From an uncultured virus (IMG/VR IMGVR_UViG_3300026511_000002) (lineage: Duplodnaviria > Heunggongvirae > Uroviricota > Caudoviricetes), in IMG/VR virus record IMGVR_UViG_3300026511_000002: DNA of 54,168 nucleotides, one strand, 5' to 3'. A program made the position numbers and the translations under genes. Below are positions 1 through 8,642 of the stretch, one piece after another; the stretch's first letter is position 1; every line of letters begins with the position of its first letter. The notes beneath the pieces were generated by a model. The model had not been told where the DNA came from, did not search any database, and saw only the letters and a program-made list of their open reading frames with translations.

Positions 1-101
1 TGTCAATTGCAGTTGATAGTCTTGATGTAGAACAAATAAAATATTTCACTACCAAGTTAGAATGGTTTATAAAACGACAAGCCGAAAATAAACTATATTA
101 A
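1..101 (+). CDS. 3' end of an unknown CDS truncated by the window edge
   Basis: Open frame from nt 3 (SIAVDSLDVEQIKYFTTKLEWFIKRQAENKLY) to TAA at 99-101. Confidence 0.5.
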   Translation, partial: SIAVDSLDVEQIKYFTTKLEWFIKRQAENKLY

Positions 102-221
102 TACAAGTTCACCAGTGATCTGTAACACAGCAATGAATCTGATCACAGTAATATATGATTAAGTAATCATCAATCATGGGTGTATCTCTATGTTGCACCA
201 GAATTAAACCGAATATATAAT

Positions 222-249
222 TAAACAAATTTAAGTTTGTGTGTATAAC
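222..249 (+). promoter_or_regulatory. Putative middle promoter (AAAC-N17-TATAA class)
   Basis: TAAAC 222-226, 17 nt spacer, TATAAC 244-249, upstream of ORF 265. Confidence 0.6.
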
Positions 250-264
250 TATTAAACGTTTTAT

Positions 265-573
265 ATGTCTAAAAAGAAAACAAATATCCTATCTGAAGCT
301 AACGAAATAGTAAACAATCGCTCAGAAGAAAAATCACGTCAATATGGACCATTCGAAGAAGGTATGCGAAGAGCAGCTATGATTTTCAATGGCATGACAG
401 GTAAAGAACTAAACGGCTCAGATATGTATGCTGCACTCGTGGCACTTAAACTAAGTCGACACTCTTATAACTATAAACAAGACAATCTATTAGATGCAGT
501 TGCATATTTAGGTGCACTAGATAACTATGTTGAAAAGCACGGTTATAAAGACAATGAAGATCCAATAAAATAA
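265..573 (+). CDS. DUF6378-like phage nucleotide-modification-associated protein
   Basis: ILSEANEIVNNR...RQYG...LKLSR...DNLLDAVAY pattern typical of DUF6378. Confidence 0.65.
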   Translation: MSKKKTNILSEANEIVNNRSEEKSRQYGPFEEGMRRAAMIFNGMTGKELNGSDMYAALVALKLSRHSYNYKQDNLLDAVAYLGALDNYVEKHGYKDNEDPIK

Positions 574-576
574 ATT

Positions 577-1638
577 ATGACAGAACTAACATTTTTTACA
601 GAAAAGGAAACCGACAAATCGATTAGGGTAGGTATATGTGCACTAGTTGGTAAGATTAGCCCTAAAATCTCATCACATAAAGGCGCATGGGCTCATATGC
701 TATGTAATCAATTACAAAATGCAGGGTATTCTAATGCCGAAGTAATCACATCTAATCAAACCGATTGGAACGACTATGATGCAATTCTCATTGATCACGG
801 TATGGAATTTAAAGGCACGTTTAATATTTTTGGAGGCTCTAACGATGATTTATATCATCAACTCATGAGGTTATTTTCCCCCGTTAAAAAATATTCCCTA
901 CACCATGATATGCCAGATATTGGTAATCTGATTCAAACTAGGCTTAAAGCAGGAACTGATTTATTTAAAACACTTGAAACTAGAATTGAAGAAGCAACAG
1001 AATTGTGTACGAATATACAAAGAGTAGATCATGTAGATAAAACAGAAAAACTATGTTTTGGCGATAGTCACTCTTTTGGAATGTATCAAGCTGGTTATAT
1101 GTGTCAGCGACATGATGGACTAACAATGCACGGTGCACTAAAAAGAGGTTTACAAAGTTATGTATATCCTTGGATTAAAAGCTTAACAGTTTATATGGGT
1201 AATATTGATGTGAGACATCATTTGATGAGACAATCTAATCCATCTGATTCTGTAAAAACATTACTAAAAAGATATGAAGAAGAACTTATAGGTTTAGGTA
1301 TTAGTGATATTGAAATAGTAAATGTGTTACCTATTGAAAACGAAAGTAGACCATTACCAAAAACAGGCTATTATAAAGGAACGCCATTTGCTGGAACATG
1401 GTCAGAACGCAATGCTCTTGTGAATCAAATCAATTTAGGTATTGATGATATGGCTAAAAGAAATAACTGGAAAGTTTATAAACACCCGGAAGTTTATTTT
1501 AATGCAAAAGAAGAATTAACATTCGATGTTATGGAAAAGCCTAAATCTGTTCATATTTCTAGAGAGTATTACAGATGGAATATGGAAACAAATCAACCAA
1601 ATAAAAATTTAATTAAACAAACACTATCCTTATTTTAA
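577..1638 (+). CDS. Protein with C-terminal SGNH/GDSL hydrolase-like domain
   Basis: FGDSHS (block I), MGNID (block III-like), SVH (block V-like); ends KQTLSLF. Confidence 0.55.
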   Translation: MTELTFFTEKETDKSIRVGICALVGKISPKISSHKGAWAHMLCNQLQNAGYSNAEVITSNQTDWNDYDAILIDHGMEFKGTFNIFGGSNDDLYHQLMRLFSPVKKYSLHHDMPDIGNLIQTRLKAGTDLFKTLETRIEEATELCTNIQRVDHVDKTEKLCFGDSHSFGMYQAGYMCQRHDGLTMHGALKRGLQSYVYPWIKSLTVYMGNIDVRHHLMRQSNPSDSVKTLLKRYEEELIGLGISDIEIVNVLPIENESRPLPKTGYYKGTPFAGTWSERNALVNQINLGIDDMAKRNNWKVYKHPEVYFNAKEELTFDVMEKPKSVHISREYYRWNMETNQPNKNLIKQTLSLF

Positions 1639-1641
1639 TAT

Positions 1642-1797
1642 ATGAAAAAATATAAAATTAAAATCACACCATATCACGCAGCAGATGCATCGTACGTTTT
1701 AGAATTAGAAACAGAAAATCTTGAGTGGTCCATGGAACAATACCAAAGAAATAGAGATCCTCTTAAATGGGAAATATTAGAAGAAAATGCAGATTAA
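1642..1797 (+). CDS. Small hypothetical protein (51 aa), not in ORF track
   Basis: ATG 1642 to TAA 1797, MKKYKIKITPYHAADASYVLELETENLEWSMEQYQRNRDPLKWEILEENAD; fills the gap and overlaps the next start. Confidence 0.65.
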   Translation: MKKYKIKITPYHAADASYVLELETENLEWSMEQYQRNRDPLKWEILEENAD

Positions 1798-3001
1798 AAC
1801 CACAAAATATTATGATGAATTCATCAGATATTATAACTTAGCTTTAAAGCAACAAGAACTTTCTAATTTAGGAATGGTTCCTCATGTTGAAAGCGGCATG
1901 AATGACCCATTAATGGAACACATTGAATTATATGATGTTGTAGAAAGAAAATATGCAGGTTTTAGTCAAATCGTAAATGATTGCTTTTATGGATGGACAG
2001 ATAAACATCCATACTGGGAGCACATGCAAGCAGGTAAAATTTACCCTCAAAGAGAAGAGGTTGCAAAAAATTGGACTAGTCGACAGGATGTTTTTGGATT
2101 AGAAGAATGGCTTTATATTTTTATTTTACATAGAGTATGTGGCTCTGCAATTAATTACGCAACTAAACCATCGGGATATCACAATACAATCTTATTTGAT
2201 TTATATGACTGTGATACTATTGAAGATATGTGTGAAAAGGTAAAATATCATCCAACACCATTTTATACTTCAGTAGGATATCAATTTCCGGCTTTTCCAA
2301 AACCACCTAAGCCAAATGTTAACGAAGATTCATTCGTAGGCATGTCTAATTTTACTGAACCAGAATATGTGTATAAAAGAGGCGGAGATTATTTCTTATG
2401 TGAATTTGCACCAAGAATGGCCAGAGATATGGCAAACTTCTTAAGAACAGATGGTAAAAAAGATTTAAGAGAATTAGGTGAATGGATGTTTAAGTGGAAT
2501 GCCGACAATGGCTTAAGAGCTTATAGATTCCAGTATGCTGCAGTTATTGCAGATGTATGTGACTGGTATCCAGAATTTATGAATAGAGAATCGATGTTCT
2601 ATTATGGCACTAACGCAGTAGAATGTATTGGTTATCTTGCAGATCCTGTAGAAAAGAAGGGTAAGAAGTCTGAAGAGTTTTTAGATGCAGTAATGACAAA
2701 GATTTATGAAGATACAGGATCACTTCCATATAATGCAGAAGATGTAGCATGTGACTTTATTAGATGGATAGAAAACTATTTAAAACCAGGACCTGATTAT
2801 GCACATATAAATATGGACACTTTGTGGAATTCATCCTCTATTAAAGATCATCCATACGGTAGACAAAAGGCTATGTTAGATCTAGGTTTAGTAAAAACAT
2901 TTAATGATATGACTCAATTTCCATCTGATGACAAAGTTTTACAAAGCGCAGGAGTATCAGTTGAAGAGTATAAAAAAATGAATGAAGATTATGGAAACTG
3001 A
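1787..3001 (+). CDS. aGPT-Pplase / amino acid:DNA transferase-like helical protein (base hypermodification)
   Basis: YDVVERKYAGFS, LHRVCGS, FQYAAVIADV, GTNA and C-terminal NAEDVACDFIRW follow the aGPT-Pplase motif order; neighbours a PLP enzyme and dUTPase. Confidence 0.6.
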   Translation: MQIKTTKYYDEFIRYYNLALKQQELSNLGMVPHVESGMNDPLMEHIELYDVVERKYAGFSQIVNDCFYGWTDKHPYWEHMQAGKIYPQREEVAKNWTSRQDVFGLEEWLYIFILHRVCGSAINYATKPSGYHNTILFDLYDCDTIEDMCEKVKYHPTPFYTSVGYQFPAFPKPPKPNVNEDSFVGMSNFTEPEYVYKRGGDYFLCEFAPRMARDMANFLRTDGKKDLRELGEWMFKWNADNGLRAYRFQYAAVIADVCDWYPEFMNRESMFYYGTNAVECIGYLADPVEKKGKKSEEFLDAVMTKIYEDTGSLPYNAEDVACDFIRWIENYLKPGPDYAHINMDTLWNSSSIKDHPYGRQKAMLDLGLVKTFNDMTQFPSDDKVLQSAGVSVEEYKKMNEDYGN

Positions 3002-4088
3002 TATTAAAGAAAGAAAAAAAGAAAACAAAAATATGAGTGTACTATTTACATTTGACGATGATCCACATTACGATCATGAAAACATAACGTATAGTGGAAC
3101 AAACACGGATATTAAATTTAAAAAGAAAAAACCAGCTGAGAGTTGGATGAAAGATTGGACTGAAGAAGAAAGATTGGCTAAGTTCTTTGAATTTTGTACT
3201 GCGTTTGATAAAAGAGAAGATCAATTACTTTTAGAAGATTATCAAATATTTTCTCATAGATTACACTGGCATGAACATCCATATTGTTATATGATGCAAC
3301 ATGAAACTGATCTAGAAAAATTACTTTATTATACAATAGTCTTCTCATTTTCTAACGAACATTGGGGAACTATAACAAGATTAATAAAAGAAGGAGAAGA
3401 AAAAACTAGAGAACATTTTGTAGAAAATAGACATGCTAGAAATGATTTATTTCAAATCTATTATCCCAAAGGTACAAAAGTTAAAGATTGGTTAATTGAA
3501 GGACCTAAGAAAGCGGCTAAAGATATGGTGCATATTCTTAAAGATCTCGAAAGACCTTATACAATGATGGAGTTTGCTAAACTATTAGAAGCTTATTTTA
3601 AAGAACATCAAGGATTTAGATCACCCTTATATCCATGTAAAAACACAGCAAGATATGTTGCAATGAGTAGGCCCGATCTTGTTGATCCCGAATCTATTTT
3701 ATTTGGTGGAACTGGACACTTTGATGGTATGCAACAAATATTTGGAGGAGTTAACTTAAATGGTAAAGTAAAATATTCAATAGATGATAATGGTCAGTTT
3801 GTCGCAGAAAACAAACATGCCGAAGAATGGATTAGACAAATGGATTTATTAGTAAATCATCCAAATAATCCAATGGAAAGTCAAAAGTATTTAAACGTAG
3901 AAGATAAAACATGTTTCTTCTATAAGCATATTGCAATTAGTCATGGAATAAAATCACCAACAAAAAGAATTCCATATACATGGATATTTGACGGAGATTT
4001 TAATTTAGCTAAACATCCTACTAAAGAAATTTTAGTTAATGCTAATACGACAAAATATTTATGGGGTAGAGAATATCCAAACGAGTAA
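2982..4088 (+). CDS. Second, divergent aGPT-Pplase-like protein
   Basis: SHRLHWHE, GGTGHFDG and C-terminal NVEDKTCFFYKHI, paralleling the ED-x-x-C motif of the upstream ORF; true start may be a downstream Met. Confidence 0.5.
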   Translation: MKIMETDIKERKKENKNMSVLFTFDDDPHYDHENITYSGTNTDIKFKKKKPAESWMKDWTEEERLAKFFEFCTAFDKREDQLLLEDYQIFSHRLHWHEHPYCYMMQHETDLEKLLYYTIVFSFSNEHWGTITRLIKEGEEKTREHFVENRHARNDLFQIYYPKGTKVKDWLIEGPKKAAKDMVHILKDLERPYTMMEFAKLLEAYFKEHQGFRSPLYPCKNTARYVAMSRPDLVDPESILFGGTGHFDGMQQIFGGVNLNGKVKYSIDDNGQFVAENKHAEEWIRQMDLLVNHPNNPMESQKYLNVEDKTCFFYKHIAISHGIKSPTKRIPYTWIFDGDFNLAKHPTKEILVNANTTKYLWGREYPNE

Positions 4089-4092
4089 AATA

Positions 4093-4761
4093 ATGAAGAT
4101 GAAAAATAAGGCAGAAGACGCATGGCAGATCCTAAGGATCCAAGGAGAATTCACAAAGGGTTTTGATACATTTAATGAATTAAAAGGACCTTGTATTTCT
4201 GTATTTGGTAGTGCAAGAACCTTGAGTACTAATAAAATTTATAAAGAAGCAGAAAAACTAGGTAAACTCTTAGTAGAAGCTGGATTTGGTGTTATTACTG
4301 GTGGAGGTCCTGGTATTATGGAGGCTGCTAACAAAGGTGCTCATAATGCAGGTGGAAAAAGTATCGGTGTCGGTATTGAATTACCGTTCGAGGCTAGTAT
4401 GAATGAATATGTAGATCTTGGAGTAGAGAATAGATATTTCTTTACTCGTAAAGTAATGTTCCTAAAATACTCACAGGGGTTTGTGATATTCCCAGGTGGC
4501 GTCGGCACTCTCGATGAGCTATTTGAGGCCATCACCCTTGCACAATGTGGACATAATGTAAAATATCCAATAGTTCTTGTAGGTAAAAAATACTGGAGCG
4601 GACTTATTGATTGGATGCAAGATACGTTATGGACTAACGGTGCAATTAGTCAAGAAGACTTTGATTTATTTAGAGTTGTCGATACCGCAGAAGAAGCCGT
4701 AGAAAAAATTACAGATTATCATAACAAATATAAAGATAATAATTCAAAAACAAACTTTTAA
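4093..4761 (+). CDS. LOG (Lonely Guy)/TIGR00730-type nucleotide 5'-monophosphate phosphoribohydrolase
   Basis: VFGSAR, ITGGGPGIMEAANKGA, RKVMF, PGGVGTLDELFE signature; start moved to ATG 4093 after the upstream stop. Confidence 0.9.
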   Translation: MKMKNKAEDAWQILRIQGEFTKGFDTFNELKGPCISVFGSARTLSTNKIYKEAEKLGKLLVEAGFGVITGGGPGIMEAANKGAHNAGGKSIGVGIELPFEASMNEYVDLGVENRYFFTRKVMFLKYSQGFVIFPGGVGTLDELFEAITLAQCGHNVKYPIVLVGKKYWSGLIDWMQDTLWTNGAISQEDFDLFRVVDTAEEAVEKITDYHNKYKDNNSKTNF

Positions 4762-4763
4762 AT

Positions 4764-5660
4764 ATGGCTCACAATAAACACACGACAAGTACGATGAATC
4801 AAGATTTAAATCTTATGATGCCAAATAGACAAGCATGGTTAGATTTAGCAGGAGATTGGCAAGATCCATTAGATGATCCAATTATTGTGAATCATGAGGG
4901 ATTTAATGTAGTGAGAGATGATATGATGGGCTTTGGATCTAAATGTAGATTTGGAGATATATTAGTACAAAAGGCACCAACAGATACACTAGTATATGTA
5001 CAGCCCAGATTTGGATTTGCAGGAATTTCTCTTGCGTATTTAGCAAAAAAATATAATAAAAAATTGGTACTGTTTATGCCATCGGGTAAAGTAATATCAG
5101 ATCACCAAGCTATATGTATTGAAAGAGGTGCTATTGCTAAATTTAGAAGAATAGCGGCAATGCCTAATTTAAATAGAATTGCAAAACAATGGGCAGAAGA
5201 TAACAATGCTACATTTATTCCTTTAGGTTTAAAACATGAATTGGTAACCGCTGCTGCAGTAAAAGTTGCATATGATGTAGCAGAAAAACATGGATATCCA
5301 GAAGAAGTATGGTCAGCAATATCAACTGGAGTTTTACAACGCTCTTTACAAATTGCATGGCCAGATGCTGAATTTAATGCAGTTGCAGTTTCTAGAAATA
5401 TTCAAAATGGTGAATTAGGTAGAGCTAAAGTTTGGTCTCATCCTAAGGCATTTGCATCAGATGTAAAACCAGAATTTGCTCCCCCATTCCCATCAGCAAT
5501 GAACTATGATGCAAAAGCTTGGGAATTTATGGTTAAGCACGGAAATCAAGGAGCTTGGTTTTGGAATGTAGGTGGACAACCTTACCCAGAATCAGAAGAA
5601 ACTAAAGAAAAAACAAACTCAAAAAGAGAATGGGGAGAAGTTTTAGAAATGGACTTATAA
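4764..5660 (+). CDS. PLP-dependent enzyme, fold type II, of the kind found in phage thymidine hypermodification clusters
   Basis: VVRDD...GSKCRF (PLP Lys), GFAGISLA, ISTGVL phosphate loop, NYDAKAW, FWNVG. Confidence 0.75.
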   Translation: MAHNKHTTSTMNQDLNLMMPNRQAWLDLAGDWQDPLDDPIIVNHEGFNVVRDDMMGFGSKCRFGDILVQKAPTDTLVYVQPRFGFAGISLAYLAKKYNKKLVLFMPSGKVISDHQAICIERGAIAKFRRIAAMPNLNRIAKQWAEDNNATFIPLGLKHELVTAAAVKVAYDVAEKHGYPEEVWSAISTGVLQRSLQIAWPDAEFNAVAVSRNIQNGELGRAKVWSHPKAFASDVKPEFAPPFPSAMNYDAKAWEFMVKHGNQGAWFWNVGGQPYPESEETKEKTNSKREWGEVLEMDL

Positions 5661-5665
5661 AAACT

Positions 5666-5693
5666 GAAACTTTAAATCAAACTATCATATTAA
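5666..5693 (+). promoter_or_regulatory. Putative middle promoter (variant)
   Basis: GAAAC 5666-5670, N17, TATTAA 5688-5693. Confidence 0.45.
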
Positions 5694-5712
5694 TAATATA
5701 ACAAATTAAATT

Positions 5713-6180
5713 ATGGCAAACATTGACAACGAATGTAAGGATTTAGAAGTAAAAGATTTTTACGACAAATCAACAACACACTTATCAGATATCATGGAAA
5801 ACCAAAAAAAGATGCAAGAGCAAACTTATGGTATTAATTTCGATGATATGACAATTAGAGAGATTATGGATTTCTGGCATGTTAACACACACTCACTAAT
5901 GGATGAAGTTCATGAAATGACAGATGCTCTTGGTGGAATTAAAGATGGTAGTGGAAACGCAGTATGGAAATACTGGAAAAAAGACTTTACGAAATATAAT
6001 ACATTAAAAATTTCTGATATGTCTGAAGGAGATAAGAAAGAATTGTATATGGAATGGGTAGATATTCTACACTTCTTTATTAATTATGCATCTTCAATCG
6101 GTTTAGACGCTAAGACTGCATATAATTACTACTTCGCAAAAGCAGAAGAGAACGTTAACCGTCAGAAAAATAATTATTAA
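5713..6180 (+). CDS. Dimeric all-alpha dUTPase/dCTPase (dUTPase_2 / T4 gp56-like)
   Basis: DEVHEMTDAL, WKYWKK, MEWVDILHFF, NVNRQKNNY motifs. Confidence 0.8.
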   Translation: MANIDNECKDLEVKDFYDKSTTHLSDIMENQKKMQEQTYGINFDDMTIREIMDFWHVNTHSLMDEVHEMTDALGGIKDGSGNAVWKYWKKDFTKYNTLKISDMSEGDKKELYMEWVDILHFFINYASSIGLDAKTAYNYYFAKAEENVNRQKNNY

Positions 6181-7583
6181 TGCTATTAGATATAGAACAA
6201 ACCAGTAATGAGTTAATTATATCTTACTATAATAAAGAAGGTAAAGTCTCATTCAAAAGATATGGTGTAAATCAATTTCAGAATTGGGTAGTCACTAAAG
6301 AAACAGACAAATACAAAGACAAAACATATAGAAACTGGGACGATCGTCCACTTAAAAGAGGTTTCGCTAAATCATTTAATAAATTTAGTTTATTATATTT
6401 CATGGATTCTTTGCCAGAAGAAGACAAGGAAGAAATATATGAATTCAATATGCCAAGAACATACTTTGTCGATATTGAAACAGAAATAGTAGACGGCTTT
6501 CCAAAACCAGAAGAAGCTAAAAGTAGAATCCTATCATTTTCCATTATCACACCCGAGCGCAAAGCAATCGTATTAGGTTTAGAAGATATGCCACATGATA
6601 AAGTGAAAAAGATCAATGATGATACTAATGAATACTTAAAAAATTACGATCAAGACTGGGAATTCTCATATCATAAGTTTGATAATGAGTATAATATGTT
6701 ATATACATTCCTTCATAAGTTTTTACCTAAATTCCCAATGATGACAGGATGGAACTTTATAAACTATGACTGGCAGTATATAGTAAACAGATGTAAAAGA
6801 TTACAAATCGACCTGAACGATGTGGCTATTACTGGATCACTTGATAGAAATGATAGCAGACCGCTTCACATGGGTATTCTTGATTATATGCAATTATATG
6901 ATAAATATGATCGTTCAGTTGCAGTAAAAGAATCAAACTCATTAGATTTTGTTTCAGGTGCAGTATTAGATATTAATAAAATTAAATATAGTGGATCATT
7001 ACAAGATTTATATGAAAATGATTTTACTAAATATATTTATTATAATGTAATCGATTCATGTTTAGTATACTATATTGATCAACAATTAAGATCGATGGAA
7101 GTTCTTTTAACATTGGCAACTATTACCAGAATGCCTCTCTATAAAGCTTCTTCACCTGTGGCTATTACAGAATCTTTGTTGGCAAGAAAATTAGCTGAAA
7201 CTAATAAGAAAATAGGCGTAGAATATGGAAAGGCAGATTCTCTTAAAGAAGGTAAATTTGAAGGTGCATTTGTAAAGCAACCAATTGTTGGGTATTATTC
7301 TGGAGTAAGTGCATTTGATTTCGCTTCGCTATATCCATCAATAATGAGACAGTTTAATATTTCACCAGAATCTTTTATTGAACAGGTAACTGAACCTGAA
7401 ATTAATGAAAGAAGAAAAGATGAGAATGTAATTGTTTGTGAGAACGGCGTTGTCTATAAAAAGGAAGATTCAATCTTAAAAAAGATTTTAAGTGATTTAT
7501 ATTCCCAAAGAAAAGATTACAAAAAGACGTCATATGCGTATTATGAGAAGGCATATGAACTAGAAAAAAAAATAAAAAAATAA
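6180..7583 (+). CDS. gp43A: Family B DNA polymerase, N-terminal subunit (exonuclease, motif A, first fingers helix)
   Basis: DIETE (ExoI), GWNFINYDW (ExoII), YNVID (ExoIII), FDFASLYPSIMRQFNISPE (motif A), RKDYKK; lacks motifs B and C. Confidence 0.9.
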   Translation: MLLDIEQTSNELIISYYNKEGKVSFKRYGVNQFQNWVVTKETDKYKDKTYRNWDDRPLKRGFAKSFNKFSLLYFMDSLPEEDKEEIYEFNMPRTYFVDIETEIVDGFPKPEEAKSRILSFSIITPERKAIVLGLEDMPHDKVKKINDDTNEYLKNYDQDWEFSYHKFDNEYNMLYTFLHKFLPKFPMMTGWNFINYDWQYIVNRCKRLQIDLNDVAITGSLDRNDSRPLHMGILDYMQLYDKYDRSVAVKESNSLDFVSGAVLDINKIKYSGSLQDLYENDFTKYIYYNVIDSCLVYYIDQQLRSMEVLLTLATITRMPLYKASSPVAITESLLARKLAETNKKIGVEYGKADSLKEGKFEGAFVKQPIVGYYSGVSAFDFASLYPSIMRQFNISPESFIEQVTEPEINERRKDENVIVCENGVVYKKEDSILKKILSDLYSQRKDYKKTSYAYYEKAYELEKKIKK

Positions 7584-7609
7584 TTTAACAAGAGACTAGT
7601 AATTCAACT

Positions 7610-7617
7610 GATATATA
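7610..7617 (+). promoter_or_regulatory. Putative late promoter GATATATA
   Basis: Recurrent intergenic octamer, upstream of nrdB. Confidence 0.55.
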
Positions 7618-7640
7618 AATTACTAAAAATAAACAACAAT

Positions 7641-8621
7641 ATGAATAAGAACATCTTTTCACCTAGAGTCAACATTTTACCTTATGAGTACCCACAGTTA
7701 TTGGCATACAAAGATGCTATTAGACATTCATATTGGATTCACACTGAATTTAATTTTACAACAGACATAGATGATTTTAAAACTAAAGTTTCTGATTCAG
7801 AAAGAGAAGTTATTAAAAGAGCTATGCTTGCGATTGCTCAAATAGAGGTTAATGTAAAAACTTTTTGGGCTGATCTATATAAGAGAATGCCTATTACAGA
7901 AGTAGGTGACGTGGGTATGACATTTGCAGAATCTGAAGTAAGACACAAAGATGCTTACGCACAATTACTTAGAGTCTTAGGATTAGAAAAAGAATTTCAA
8001 AATGTTGTAGAGATACCTGCAATAAAAGATAGAATATCTTATTTAAAAAAATATTTAGACGGGACGAGATCTAGAGATGATAAAATGTATACTAAATCAG
8101 TATTGTTGTTTTCTTTATTTATAGAGCATGTTAGTCTATTTAGCCAATTTCTAATTATGATGTCATTTAACAAAGAGAAAAATCTATTCAAGGGTATTTC
8201 TAATGTAGTTGAAGCAACATCTAAAGAAGAAGAAATTCATGGTAATTTTGGATCTGAAATTATCAACATTATTAAATCTGAAAACCCAGAATGGTTTGAT
8301 GAAGAATTTGAACAACTTATTGATTCTGCATGTAAAAAAGCATATGCTGCGGAAGTTAAAATTCTAGATTGGATTTTTGAAAAAGGAGAATTAGAATTCC
8401 TTTCTAAAAAAACCATTGAAAACTTCATACAGAATAGATTTAATAATTCATTAACAAGAATAGGAATGAAGCCTGTGTTCGACGTTGACCTTAGTGAAAT
8501 TGAAAAAACATTATGGTTTGATGTAGAAATCACAGCAACAAAAGAAGGAGACTTCTTTTACAAGAAACAAGTTGACTACAACAAGAAGAGTAAGTCAATT
8601 ACAGAAGACGATTTATTTTAA
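7641..8621 (+). CDS. nrdB: Ribonucleotide reductase beta subunit, class Id-like
   Basis: PYEYP, YWIHTE, QIEVNVK, ESEVRHKDAY, IEHVSLFSQF, EEEIH, DFFYKK. Confidence 0.95.
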   Translation: MNKNIFSPRVNILPYEYPQLLAYKDAIRHSYWIHTEFNFTTDIDDFKTKVSDSEREVIKRAMLAIAQIEVNVKTFWADLYKRMPITEVGDVGMTFAESEVRHKDAYAQLLRVLGLEKEFQNVVEIPAIKDRISYLKKYLDGTRSRDDKMYTKSVLLFSLFIEHVSLFSQFLIMMSFNKEKNLFKGISNVVEATSKEEEIHGNFGSEIINIIKSENPEWFDEEFEQLIDSACKKAYAAEVKILDWIFEKGELEFLSKKTIENFIQNRFNNSLTRIGMKPVFDVDLSEIEKTLWFDVEITATKEGDFFYKKQVDYNKKSKSITEDDLF

Positions 8622-8642
8622 ACTAATTAAAGATTTTACAAT

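Noticed and set aside
4039..4092. Track start of the LOG ORF at 4039 (similarly 43142, 49646 and 53045 for other ORFs)
   Set aside because: These extensions overlap upstream genes or terminators; downstream ATGs at 4093, 43184, 49673 and 53147 fit the gene packing better
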